Source: a virus (taxonomy: Duplodnaviria; Caudoviricetes). From it: a stretch of 64,000 nucleotides of DNA. This document shows, in pieces, positions 48,438 to 57,372 of the stretch. A program made the translations under genes and the position numbers. The notes beneath the pieces were generated by a model. The model did not search any database, was not told the DNA's origin, and was given only the letters and a program-made list of their open reading frames with translations. Each line of letters begins with the position of its first letter. The stretch's first letter is position 1. The stretch lies in IMG/VR virus record IMGVR_UViG_3300021399_000117, positions 1 to 64,000 of that record. One strand, 5' to 3'.

Positions 48438-49557
48438 AATCTTGTTGATTCAAAAATTCAATAACTTCTTTTACAGACACATTCGGATTAGGGCCTTCTG
48501 GACCCTGCTCTCCTTGAGGACCTTGTGGTCCTTGTTCTCCTTGTGGACCTTGTGGACCCTGCTCTCCTTGAGGACCTTGTGGTCCGGTCTCTCCCGGATC
48601 ACCTTTATCTCCTTTCGGACCTTGTGATGAAGATAGTTCAACAGTCTTATCTATGACAGGTACAGTCACACCATCTACCTTGATAGTTTCGATGATGTTT
48701 TTGTTTTCCAAATTAGAAATAACAGTCTGTAATGACCTACTACCTACGGTGCTCAACCCATTATATCCTCCTACTCCGTACAAGTAGATGTCACCATTTG
48801 GAAGGGTGTTCAATAGCGATGTTTTTTCGCTATCATTGATATTACTATTATTTTCAACACCAAATGCAAAAGGATTACCGCCAGCAGTCATTTTTTGCCA
48901 GTTTGTAACACCGCCTGAACTATTTACTTTAGTTTCGAATGCATCTATTCTAAGTGACAATGTATTTCCACGTTCGCGCTCAATTACATCCAGACGGGTG
49001 TTGACGGTAGTTTGACCGGATTTGGTCTCAAACAGTTTGTAAGAATCTGTGTCTTTTATTGTGAATGTGTTCTGCACTTTGGACTCAAACGTCTTGGTGT
49101 TGAATTTAGCTGCTTTATCCGTAGCCGACACAGTCATAGCACCGTTTACTGTGAATGCACTGGTTGGATTTATAATCACTTTTTCAGCACCCAACTCAAT
49201 ATTCTTAGTTGTTTGCTTGTATTCTGTGGAGACTGCACCTATATTACCGTCAGAATCAGTAGTGTAGTTTTGGAATACAATCTTATCTGGAGTAAAAGAG
49301 TAACCGATACCACGATCGAATAGACCAGATGTACTATCTTTATGTAAAGAGTTTCCTGTCAAATCTGCGTGATCGTCTTTCACAGTGACATTGGATATAC
49401 CATCTTTACCAAATAGTTTCAAGCTACTGTCGAGGGTGTTCGAACCTTTATCCAATTTGTTATCATGATTATCTTGGATGTTATCGATGAGTTGATTAAC
49501 ATGAACGTCTTCGAACAACTCACCGTTGGTCATATGTTCCATCGGTATATACGCCAT
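48436..49557 (-). CDS. fibre-like structural protein with C-terminal collagen repeats
   Basis: GPKGDKGDPGETGPQGPQGEQ... Gly-X-Y run. Confidence 0.7.
   Translation of the reverse strand: MAYIPMEHMTNGELFEDVHVNQLIDNIQDNHDNKLDKGSNTLDSSLKLFGKDGISNVTVKDDHADLTGNSLHKDSTSGLFDRGIGYSFTPDKIVFQNYTTDSDGNIGAVSTEYKQTTKNIELGAEKVIINPTSAFTVNGAMTVSATDKAAKFNTKTFESKVQNTFTIKDTDSYKLFETKSGQTTVNTRLDVIERERGNTLSLRIDAFETKVNSSGGVTNWQKMTAGGNPFAFGVENNSNINDSEKTSLLNTLPNGDIYLYGVGGYNGLSTVGSRSLQTVISNLENKNIIETIKVDGVTVPVIDKTVELSSSQGPKGDKGDPGETGPQGPQGEQGPQGPQGEQGPQGPQGEQGPEGPNPNVSVKEVIEFLNQQD
48500..48580 (-). repeat. 3 x 27-bp tandem repeat encoding (QGPQGEQGP)n
   Basis: Units 1 and 3 are identical. Confidence 0.85.
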
Positions 49558-49560
49558 ACA

Positions 49561-51195
49561 TTAGTCGACTATTTTTACTTTCTCCATCTCCTTGGTAAGG
49601 ATGTGTGCTTTGTTTGGATGAACCACATATCCGAGTTTGGACAGTGTATCACAGTTGAGTAAGCAGTTAGTGGATTTTTCTTCGCGGCTTTCTACTATGC
49701 CCATATGTACGTTTTTCAGTTTGCGAAGTCCGAGTGTCAGTTCCGGAATCACTACGACAGGGCGTTTATATTCTTTGTCTCCAGCACGTGCTACCATCTC
49801 ATCAATCTTATCATATTCAAACTGTTTGCCATCCAAGGAGAACTTGATGGTCTTACCAGTGTCTTCGAACTTACCTACTTCCAGATGAGAGGCACTAGTG
49901 GAGTTACCGGTATCTAGTTTAGCGAGGAACTCCTTTTTGAATCCGTCTCCAAAATCGAGTGTCACGGATTCGATATATCCCGCTGTTTTATCTTGGAGCA
50001 TGAACTGGCTTGGATCGTCTAACTCATTGAGTATCAAGTTAATAAAATTCTCTTTCATGACGTCAGATATACCAGCAGTACCAGGAGAGGCGTTGATCTC
50101 AAGAACCACGTTATCCCCAATCTTCGGATTACTGCCTTTGACCAATGGCATGATGTCTACAGCACACCACGGGAGGTGAGATAGCTGTGCTGTCTTGAGT
50201 GCGATCTGTTCTTGTTCGGGTGTCAGATCAACAGGTTCTGCTTCGGCACCCAATGATACGTTCGAACGGAAGTCTCCACCCAGCTTAACACGTTTCATCT
50301 TGGCCAGGATGACCTGTTTGTCGCGTAAGGTAAGTACATGAACACGAATATCACCTCCATCTGCCTCCTCCTTTTTCTGAATGATGAGGCGGCGCTCAGG
50401 ATCAATAGCGAATATCATTTGGAAGATAGCCAGGATCTTTTTACCGTCTACCATAGCTACACCGGTACCACCATGGCCGTCCAATATCTTGACTACGAAC
50501 ATCAGTTTCTCGTTGTTGTCAGGGTTCTTTGGGTCCCATTCCGGATACACTGTCTTCATGGCTTTATTGTACTGTTTCTCATCGTAGAGGATGTCTTTGG
50601 TCATGAGAGTGAAATTCGGTTGAGGAATGTTGCCTTTTTGGAACAACACAGCAGACTCGTATTTATCACAAGCCAGAGCGCTGTACTTGACTGGGTTCAG
50701 TACTAAGAATCCACGATCCTGAAGCAACTGAACGATATGCTCACATTGGTCTTCACCCTGTACACCAAGGCGTGCGAAAATGAGTGTATCCAAGTTAGAC
50801 TCGTCTTTAAGTACGAACTCCTCATCACCATCAGTAATCTTGATCTCCTCTTCGCGTTCATCAGCCTCCATCTCCGCAGCTACGAATATGTGTAGTTCTG
50901 GAATGATAGGGCACTTATCTTTTTTGAGGTTTTCAACAGCCTCATAAATGTTCTTCAAGGTTTTGTTGTTCTTCGGATCACGATCGTTAGTAAAGATGAG
51001 GATGTGTTTGAAGATGTTGGTGTATGTCTTGATCTCTTCCGCATAATGAACATCAAAGTGTTCTGCGTTAGGATTAAGAGTCTTTTTGGTTACACTTTTC
51101 TTATCATCTTTGTTCTCTTTAGCCTCATTGATAGGGCGTTTTAGAATCCCGTTTATGTACAGGTCATTGACCTCGTTGATGTCTCTGTAGTTCAT
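49561..51195 (-). CDS. RimK-family ATP-grasp ligase fused to a retropepsin-like aspartic protease
   Basis: CDKY, VKILDGHGGTGV, DIRVHV, DFRSNVSLG, AVDI, LEINASPG; C-terminal LAKLDTGN. Confidence 0.88.
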   Translation of the reverse strand: MNYRDINEVNDLYINGILKRPINEAKENKDDKKSVTKKTLNPNAEHFDVHYAEEIKTYTNIFKHILIFTNDRDPKNNKTLKNIYEAVENLKKDKCPIIPELHIFVAAEMEADEREEEIKITDGDEEFVLKDESNLDTLIFARLGVQGEDQCEHIVQLLQDRGFLVLNPVKYSALACDKYESAVLFQKGNIPQPNFTLMTKDILYDEKQYNKAMKTVYPEWDPKNPDNNEKLMFVVKILDGHGGTGVAMVDGKKILAIFQMIFAIDPERRLIIQKKEEADGGDIRVHVLTLRDKQVILAKMKRVKLGGDFRSNVSLGAEAEPVDLTPEQEQIALKTAQLSHLPWCAVDIMPLVKGSNPKIGDNVVLEINASPGTAGISDVMKENFINLILNELDDPSQFMLQDKTAGYIESVTLDFGDGFKKEFLAKLDTGNSTSASHLEVGKFEDTGKTIKFSLDGKQFEYDKIDEMVARAGDKEYKRPVVVIPELTLGLRKLKNVHMGIVESREEKSTNCLLNCDTLSKLGYVVHPNKAHILTKEMEKVKIVD

Positions 51196-51216
51196 ATGAA
51201 TTCATTTATATAACTA

Positions 51217-51224
51217 TATAATAA
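51217..51224 (-). promoter_or_regulatory. putative late promoter TTATTATA
   Basis: About 22 nt upstream of the RimK-protease ATG. Confidence 0.6.
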
Positions 51225-51294
51225 TAGATGGTTCTGGGCCTTATAAATTTTCGACACAAAACCTATATATTAAATCATATATAATCATAAACTT

Positions 51295-52383
51295 ATGAAG
51301 AGCAAGTGCACATTACTGGTAGATGGTAACTGGTTGCTAATCAGTAGATTCTCTGTGATGACAAAACTGTTTCGCGAGAATCAACCTGAGCCTATCTTGG
51401 AGTCCGCAACGAATAATCTGCATGATAGGATGGCTCGATCTATCCATATGATTCTCAATAGATTCAAGGAGATAGACAACATCATATTTATCACAGACGG
51501 AGGGTCCTGGCGAAAACAATTACCTATACCTTCACAATTACAAAACATCACATACAAAGGCAATCGTGAGGAAGAGGTAGGAATATCCTGGAATCACGTG
51601 TTTAAAGCACTGAACAAACTGTCCAAACGGTGCAAAGAGGTAGGTATCACAACCTGCACCCAATCCAATATTGAAGGAGATGACTGGACTTGGTACTGGT
51701 CACGCCGCCTGAATGCAGAAGGCACCAGTTGTATTATCTGGACTTCGGATCACGACCTCATGCAACTCGTACAAAACAAAGGTGGGATTTTTACCGCTTG
51801 GTATAATGATCTAGCTGGCTTGACCCTGCATGAGAGTCTGGAGATAAAAAATCCAGACCCCGATGACCTAGACTTCTTCATGCAGCCAGTCATCTACAAA
51901 AACCCTATTATAGAAGGTCTGGAAAAGCGCTCCGGCAAGAAAGTCAACTATATCGACCCTAATGCGATTATCAACAGTAAGGTGATCTGTGGAGACTCGG
52001 GTGATAACATCAAGTCTGTGGTGCGTGTAGTCAAATCCGGACGCAACTATGGTGTAGGGCCAAAAGATTGGGAAGGAGTAGCACACACATTACACATACA
52101 TACTATTCAGGAACTGATATCACACAAACAGGATATCGCACGGGAATTATTGAAATTGAATAAATTCCGCGGCTACGGTGTGACGCCTGAGCAAGTCCTG
52201 GAGATGATTGACTACAACATCAAACTGGTGTGGTTGAATGAAGAGGTCATCCCGGAGACGATCCTGTCTGTCATGAACACACACGAATATAACCAGATGG
52301 ATATTGATTATCTGAGAGGATCATGCACCGTGTTGTTAGATGACCATGAAAGACATATTCAGGAAATTTTTGAGGGTATCTAA
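51295..52383 (+). CDS. RNase H / 5'-3' flap exonuclease (T4 rnh-like)
   Basis: LVDGN, SWRK, YKGNR, EGDD, SDHDLMQL, GDSGDNI. Confidence 0.9.
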   Translation: MKSKCTLLVDGNWLLISRFSVMTKLFRENQPEPILESATNNLHDRMARSIHMILNRFKEIDNIIFITDGGSWRKQLPIPSQLQNITYKGNREEEVGISWNHVFKALNKLSKRCKEVGITTCTQSNIEGDDWTWYWSRRLNAEGTSCIIWTSDHDLMQLVQNKGGIFTAWYNDLAGLTLHESLEIKNPDPDDLDFFMQPVIYKNPIIEGLEKRSGKKVNYIDPNAIINSKVICGDSGDNIKSVVRVVKSGRNYGVGPKDWEGVAHTLHIHTIQELISHKQDIARELLKLNKFRGYGVTPEQVLEMIDYNIKLVWLNEEVIPETILSVMNTHEYNQMDIDYLRGSCTVLLDDHERHIQEIFEGI

Positions 52384-52467
52384 AAAATACTCATTTTCAT
52401 ATATATTATATATGAAAGAGGTATATATACTCTTCGTAACAAATAAACAACAAATAAACTTCAATTT

Positions 52468-53679
52468 ATGCAAAACGCAGTTGACATTGACACACTGATG
52501 GGCTTTGACCCCGAAAACATGACTGTGTTCCAAGAGAACAACAGTTCCAAGGTAAATCCAAACATCTACAAAACCAATCCGAAGGACAGTAAGTCCGAAG
52601 ATGGAAACTATCGTTCCAAACTCCGCGTTATCTACAACCCTTATTCTATCAAGGATTCAATCGTTGATCAGACCACGTACGCAATGCGTGATGGTGCCGG
52701 GTTCTTCATGGCCAAGGCTCTTCCTTACGATCAAGGAGGTCGAGACAAATGCCCGTTGTTCAAGGCCTGGAAGACAGTATTCTTCGCAAACTCCGAGTTC
52801 GCTGGTAAGTTTGCTTCCAAGATGTTCCCCGGTGAAGGCAACGCAGCAAAACGTGAGGCACTCCTCCAAGAGTTCAACGCGGTACAGGGTTACGGCAAAG
52901 AGGCAAACGACAAACGCTTCAAAGGTACCGAGTTAGGCAAGTTGATCCGCGAGTACGCTAGTGAGAACTTCGAGCGTACTGAGACGACTTGGGCATTGGT
53001 ACAAATCCTTGAAGACATCAACAAGCCGGAGCTGGTTGGTCAGATCAAGGTGATGAAGCTGCCTTCAGACGTCCTCACAAAGCTTGAGGGTAAGATGCAC
53101 CCAGCAAAAGAGTCCGGTAAGAAACCGGTTGACCTTATGAGTTGGGTATTGGGTTATCCATTGGAGATGGATGTTCAACCTGGACCAGACGATCCAAAGA
53201 ATCCTGAGCGCCGTCAACGTGAGATCTCCTATGGTCTCTGTGACTTCAGCACTGATTTCGAGCCGATCCGCAAGATCGATGGCACTCCATTGTTCACTGA
53301 CGAACAGATCGCTATCCTGGACGAGTACGCCACCGCCCGCACCGATGCCGAGAAGGCAAAAACGGAGGCGAAGAAAAAGGCAGCAGCGGAGAAGATCGCC
53401 AAAGGCTCAGACCTTTACAACAAGGTACGTGAGTTGGTAGGTATCGCTTACAACTATCTCGTTAACGAAGCCAAGATCATCAACCTGGTTGATGAGTGTG
53501 CTTATAAGGAGTGGGATCCGGAGACAGCGGCACGTATTCAGAAATGGATCGACGATGTGACTCTCGCAAACTTCACAGCAGAAGCATCAGCGAATGATGC
53601 GCAAGTTGTAGAGGAAGCGCCGGCAGAGCAAGCAGTAGATGCTACTACTGAACAGTCTGGTACTGATCTTCCTTTCTAA
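52468..53679 (+). CDS. single-stranded DNA-binding protein (T4 gp32-like)
   Basis: SEDGNYRSKLR, CPL, VQILED..PELVGQIKV, acidic tail ending DLPF. Confidence 0.75.
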   Translation: MQNAVDIDTLMGFDPENMTVFQENNSSKVNPNIYKTNPKDSKSEDGNYRSKLRVIYNPYSIKDSIVDQTTYAMRDGAGFFMAKALPYDQGGRDKCPLFKAWKTVFFANSEFAGKFASKMFPGEGNAAKREALLQEFNAVQGYGKEANDKRFKGTELGKLIREYASENFERTETTWALVQILEDINKPELVGQIKVMKLPSDVLTKLEGKMHPAKESGKKPVDLMSWVLGYPLEMDVQPGPDDPKNPERRQREISYGLCDFSTDFEPIRKIDGTPLFTDEQIAILDEYATARTDAEKAKTEAKKKAAAEKIAKGSDLYNKVRELVGIAYNYLVNEAKIINLVDECAYKEWDPETAARIQKWIDDVTLANFTAEASANDAQVVEEAPAEQAVDATTEQSGTDLPF

Positions 53680-53700
53680 TAGAAGAACGGAGCGCAAAAA

Positions 53701-53730
53701 TAAAGGAGACTCGTGATGAGCCTCCTTTTA
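53701..53730. terminator. bidirectional terminator
   Basis: AAAGGAG.CTC-GTGAT-GAG.CTCCTTTT between convergent genes. Confidence 0.65.
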
Positions 53731-53732
53731 TT

Positions 53733-53921
53733 TTATTCTTCTTCTCCTGCTTTTTTGGATTTCCTCTTACGATGTGGGTGTTCCTTTTTTGTTTTGGCTG
53801 TTAGTGGTTCAGACCCTTTCCCGTCCCCATCATCAGCAGTAGGATTACCCATACCTGGAGTATTACCTGGAGTGGCGTTGTTGCCGCATTCTTCTTCTAT
53901 ATAATCAAACAATCTTTTCAT
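53733..53921 (-). CDS. small low-complexity protein, possible internal head protein
   Basis: MKRLFDYIEE...ATPGNTPGMGNP...basic tail ending EEE; TTATTATT upstream. Confidence 0.65.
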   Translation of the reverse strand: MKRLFDYIEEECGNNATPGNTPGMGNPTADDGDGKGSEPLTAKTKKEHPHRKRKSKKAGEEE

Positions 53922-54011
53922 ATGACCGTATTTTCACTAAAATAATAACGGGTCAATAACATAAAGTTTAAGTGGGATACCTATATATTATTATGTACTG
54001 AAATCAATGAA

Positions 54012-57000
54012 ATGACTAAAGATATTACACTGGAACAATCATTGCAGGCGTACCGCGTGATGTCCACACCAACCAAACTCTCCTGGAAACAACACTGGGC
54101 TCAGGAGACCTTTTCTGATGTGGATTATTTGAAGTGCGATCCAATGGAACGGAAGCAATTTAACAAGCGTTTACAAGAATGCCAGGTAACGATATGTTCG
54201 AACATCAAACAGACGCAAGGTATCTCGTGTACACTGGAGGATCTGGTGAATACTATCATTTCTCCTGATAATAAGAATTGCGCAAAGATCAATCGTAAAG
54301 TAATATATTCCACGTCGAACGGAGAACGACCTATAGGTAAGAAAGCATTTGAACTCTGGAATGGTTTTCAGGTCATCGATATGGATATCAAAGATGAACA
54401 GTTGGCACAGAAACTGAAGGTGCACATCTTCAATCACCTCAATAAGTGCAACTGGTTCTTGGGTTGCACCTTATCTAGTTCGGGTAAGGGTCTCCATGTC
54501 TATACCAAGATCGCTATTGCTGATGCAGATCAAGAGGACGACAAGCGTAAGAAACTGTTGTTCTTGACGAACTTCAGACATAAGTATTCATTTGTGTACA
54601 TAGCTTGTTTGAGCGCCATGGAAGAACTTCACTTCAGCAAAGATGACTTGTTGAAATGGATGGACTTGGCTATGTTCAAACCCCAACAAGGTGCGTTCAT
54701 CGGATATGATGAGCACCCTTTGATCAACACACACTTCTTCGAAGATTTCATATACGTGAACTTCGATAACATAGAGGATATCGGACATCCGGATATTGAC
54801 TGGGTGACTTATCCTGACTTGAAAGAGATATTCAAACGCTGGGAGTGGTTCGAAGACAATGATGAGGAGGACTTGAAGGTGGAAGTACTTGAAGCCAAAG
54901 ATCTAGAGTTCGATACTCATAACAGAGTTCACTACAAACACAATGAACGTTGGCGTCTGGCGAACACCTTGGTTAAACTGTACGGACTGGAGAAAGGATT
55001 CAAGTATCTCCGTCTGATATGTTCAAACGCTATATCTGATAAAGAGTTGCAGGCAGACTGTATCACAGCAGCTCGCCATGAGAAACCCGTGGATACTTGG
55101 GCGGTTAATCGACTGAACTCCCAACACGGATTCAAGATCAAGTTGAACATCCAGGACGAGGCCTTCGACGAGAGTGCGATATTTAGTAGTGTAGATAAGA
55201 TTGAGAACCCGACACTGATACGTGAGAGCAAGTACGTCAAGACCTTTCATATCACAAAGAACGAGTATCTGGGTAACATCAAATGGGAGTTACTCAATAA
55301 CATCGGACGAATCACGCTGATCGAAGCAGGCGCTGGTGTGGGTAAGACGGAGATGATCAAGTCCCTGGTTCGCGATGGTAAAAAAGTGGTGATGGTCATG
55401 CCGTTCACCTCTACTATCAAGTCTAAGGTAGAAGGAGAGGATGACTGGTACTACAGCTACGGTAACAAGAAACCACGACTAGATCTGACCCGAGGCGTGT
55501 CCATGACTATTGATAAGTTCTCACACATGAACCTGATGGATATCAAGGCTGCAGGGTTTGATTATATAATTATAGATGAGTCCCATCTGATGTTCATGAG
55601 TGAATACAGGCCTGTCATGCCTAAGATCATCGAGATGATTCGTAACACGGAGGTGCCTATTATTCTTATGTCAGGAACACCTAGTGGAGAAACTGTGTTC
55701 TTTCCGGATATCGTTCACCTGAAAGTTATCAAGGAGGATGTCCGCAAAAAAGAGTTCATGGTGAATCTTGTTGAAAACAGCAGCGATCTGATGTATCATA
55801 TGTGTCGATCTATGGCAAACGATATAGCAGAAGGCAAAAGGGTGTTGTTCCCAACAAATAAAGGTACTCTGTTCAGCGAGCAGATCAAGGCAGCGGTTCA
55901 GTACTTCCTTGAAAAGGAACATCTCATCTTTGACGAAGTACGATTGAAGTACTACAAGAAGTCCAATCTAGGCGAGCAGTTCATGGATGATGTCAACTTC
56001 GAAAAGACTATTAAGGACACTCAAATCCTGATGTGCTCCAGTTACCTCTCGGTAGGCGTAGACATCTTGGATAGGTTCAAGTTCAATATATACTTTGATG
56101 ATCTCATGATGCCTCAGGAGGTAGAGCAGTTTGCTAACCGATTGAGATCGAATGACTTGTATATCCGACTGTACATTGCCAAGAATGATGCAGATGGAAA
56201 CTCTCGTTCGATACACAAGTTCAAACCCATGAACTTCAAATTGAATGATGAGGAGATCAAAGATGTTCACTCTATATTGCGTTTGTGTAATGCGATGATT
56301 GAACGTAACCCGGTTGAATACAGATATAACTCCTTGGTAGCGTCTATCATTCATGACAACACATATATTGAATACAACGATGTAGAAAACAAGTACTACC
56401 TGAACGAAATAGCATACAAAGTAGTATATTTCGAACGCAAGTATCGAGAATATGTGCAACAACTTCCTGTGTTGATGAAGGGCATGATGGCGTACGGATA
56501 CGAGATCAGTTCAAAAGACTTAGGAGGATTTGCATTGGAGGATGGCGAGATCTTTACTGACTTGAAGAACATGGTTAAGCTCGCATACGATGATCGCTTG
56601 CAACTCAATACACGTCACGTAGAGGAACTAATGGACATGATCACTGAAGATCGGTTGACTATATATCGGGATGTGCTTCAGGGGGTTTATGACATCAAGA
56701 AGGGAGATGTCTGGAAGGAGGATCTTTTCAAACGCACGATGACAGTTAAGAACGTAGAGGTATTTGAGAAAGTGGTGCCAATCTTCGTCAGCATGTCCAA
56801 GCAGTATAACGTAGAGGACATTAAAAGCATATTCGAGAGCTGTCGCAACAAGAACGGATCATTCAACTTCGCAGCAATCAAACGTATCAAATTGTTAATC
56901 AATCTGGTATACAATAACAAGAAAGAGCGGTTGGATATTCCGATCCAGGACTTTATGAACAAGGTATACGACTTCTGTCAGTACGAGACAGTCAAGAAGA

Positions 57001-57320
57001 CAGAGATAACCAAGTTCTTACACGATTATGCACGGCAGTATGCCACACATGAATCACAGGGTGATGTTAAGATCTACCTAGCACAGATCACTATGGAAAA
57101 GATTCAGAACACCTTTACGGATATATTCAAGTGTCTGGTAAATATGTCGCGACCAAATAAGCAAGGCATCTGCACACTCGAAAAGGTTGAACTTCTTTGG
57201 AAGGAACGCGAAGAATATGAGAAAATTGATAACAATGAACACTCATTCTTGTTGGCAGAGTTCCTTGAAAATCAACATGTTGACTATCAAGAAGTCCATA
57301 TGAATGACCAAGTGATGTAA
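54012..57320 (+). CDS. primase (BT4734/VirE-N AEP-like plus PriCT-like) fused to an SF2 helicase
   Basis: IDMD, SSSGKGLH; AGAGVGKT, DESH, MSGT, SVGVDI, QFANRLR. Confidence 0.8.
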   Translation: MTKDITLEQSLQAYRVMSTPTKLSWKQHWAQETFSDVDYLKCDPMERKQFNKRLQECQVTICSNIKQTQGISCTLEDLVNTIISPDNKNCAKINRKVIYSTSNGERPIGKKAFELWNGFQVIDMDIKDEQLAQKLKVHIFNHLNKCNWFLGCTLSSSGKGLHVYTKIAIADADQEDDKRKKLLFLTNFRHKYSFVYIACLSAMEELHFSKDDLLKWMDLAMFKPQQGAFIGYDEHPLINTHFFEDFIYVNFDNIEDIGHPDIDWVTYPDLKEIFKRWEWFEDNDEEDLKVEVLEAKDLEFDTHNRVHYKHNERWRLANTLVKLYGLEKGFKYLRLICSNAISDKELQADCITAARHEKPVDTWAVNRLNSQHGFKIKLNIQDEAFDESAIFSSVDKIENPTLIRESKYVKTFHITKNEYLGNIKWELLNNIGRITLIEAGAGVGKTEMIKSLVRDGKKVVMVMPFTSTIKSKVEGEDDWYYSYGNKKPRLDLTRGVSMTIDKFSHMNLMDIKAAGFDYIIIDESHLMFMSEYRPVMPKIIEMIRNTEVPIILMSGTPSGETVFFPDIVHLKVIKEDVRKKEFMVNLVENSSDLMYHMCRSMANDIAEGKRVLFPTNKGTLFSEQIKAAVQYFLEKEHLIFDEVRLKYYKKSNLGEQFMDDVNFEKTIKDTQILMCSSYLSVGVDILDRFKFNIYFDDLMMPQEVEQFANRLRSNDLYIRLYIAKNDADGNSRSIHKFKPMNFKLNDEEIKDVHSILRLCNAMIERNPVEYRYNSLVASIIHDNTYIEYNDVENKYYLNEIAYKVVYFERKYREYVQQLPVLMKGMMAYGYEISSKDLGGFALEDGEIFTDLKNMVKLAYDDRLQLNTRHVEELMDMITEDRLTIYRDVLQGVYDIKKGDVWKEDLFKRTMTVKNVEVFEKVVPIFVSMSKQYNVEDIKSIFESCRNKNGSFNFAAIKRIKLLINLVYNNKKERLDIPIQDFMNKVYDFCQYETVKKTEITKFLHDYARQYATHESQGDVKIYLAQITMEKIQNTFTDIFKCLVNMSRPNKQGICTLEKVELLWKEREEYEKIDNNEHSFLLAEFLENQHVDYQEVHMNDQVM

Positions 57321-57372
57321 ATTTTTGAACATTTTTTGATATATTTACCTATGAAATATAGTATTACACTAA

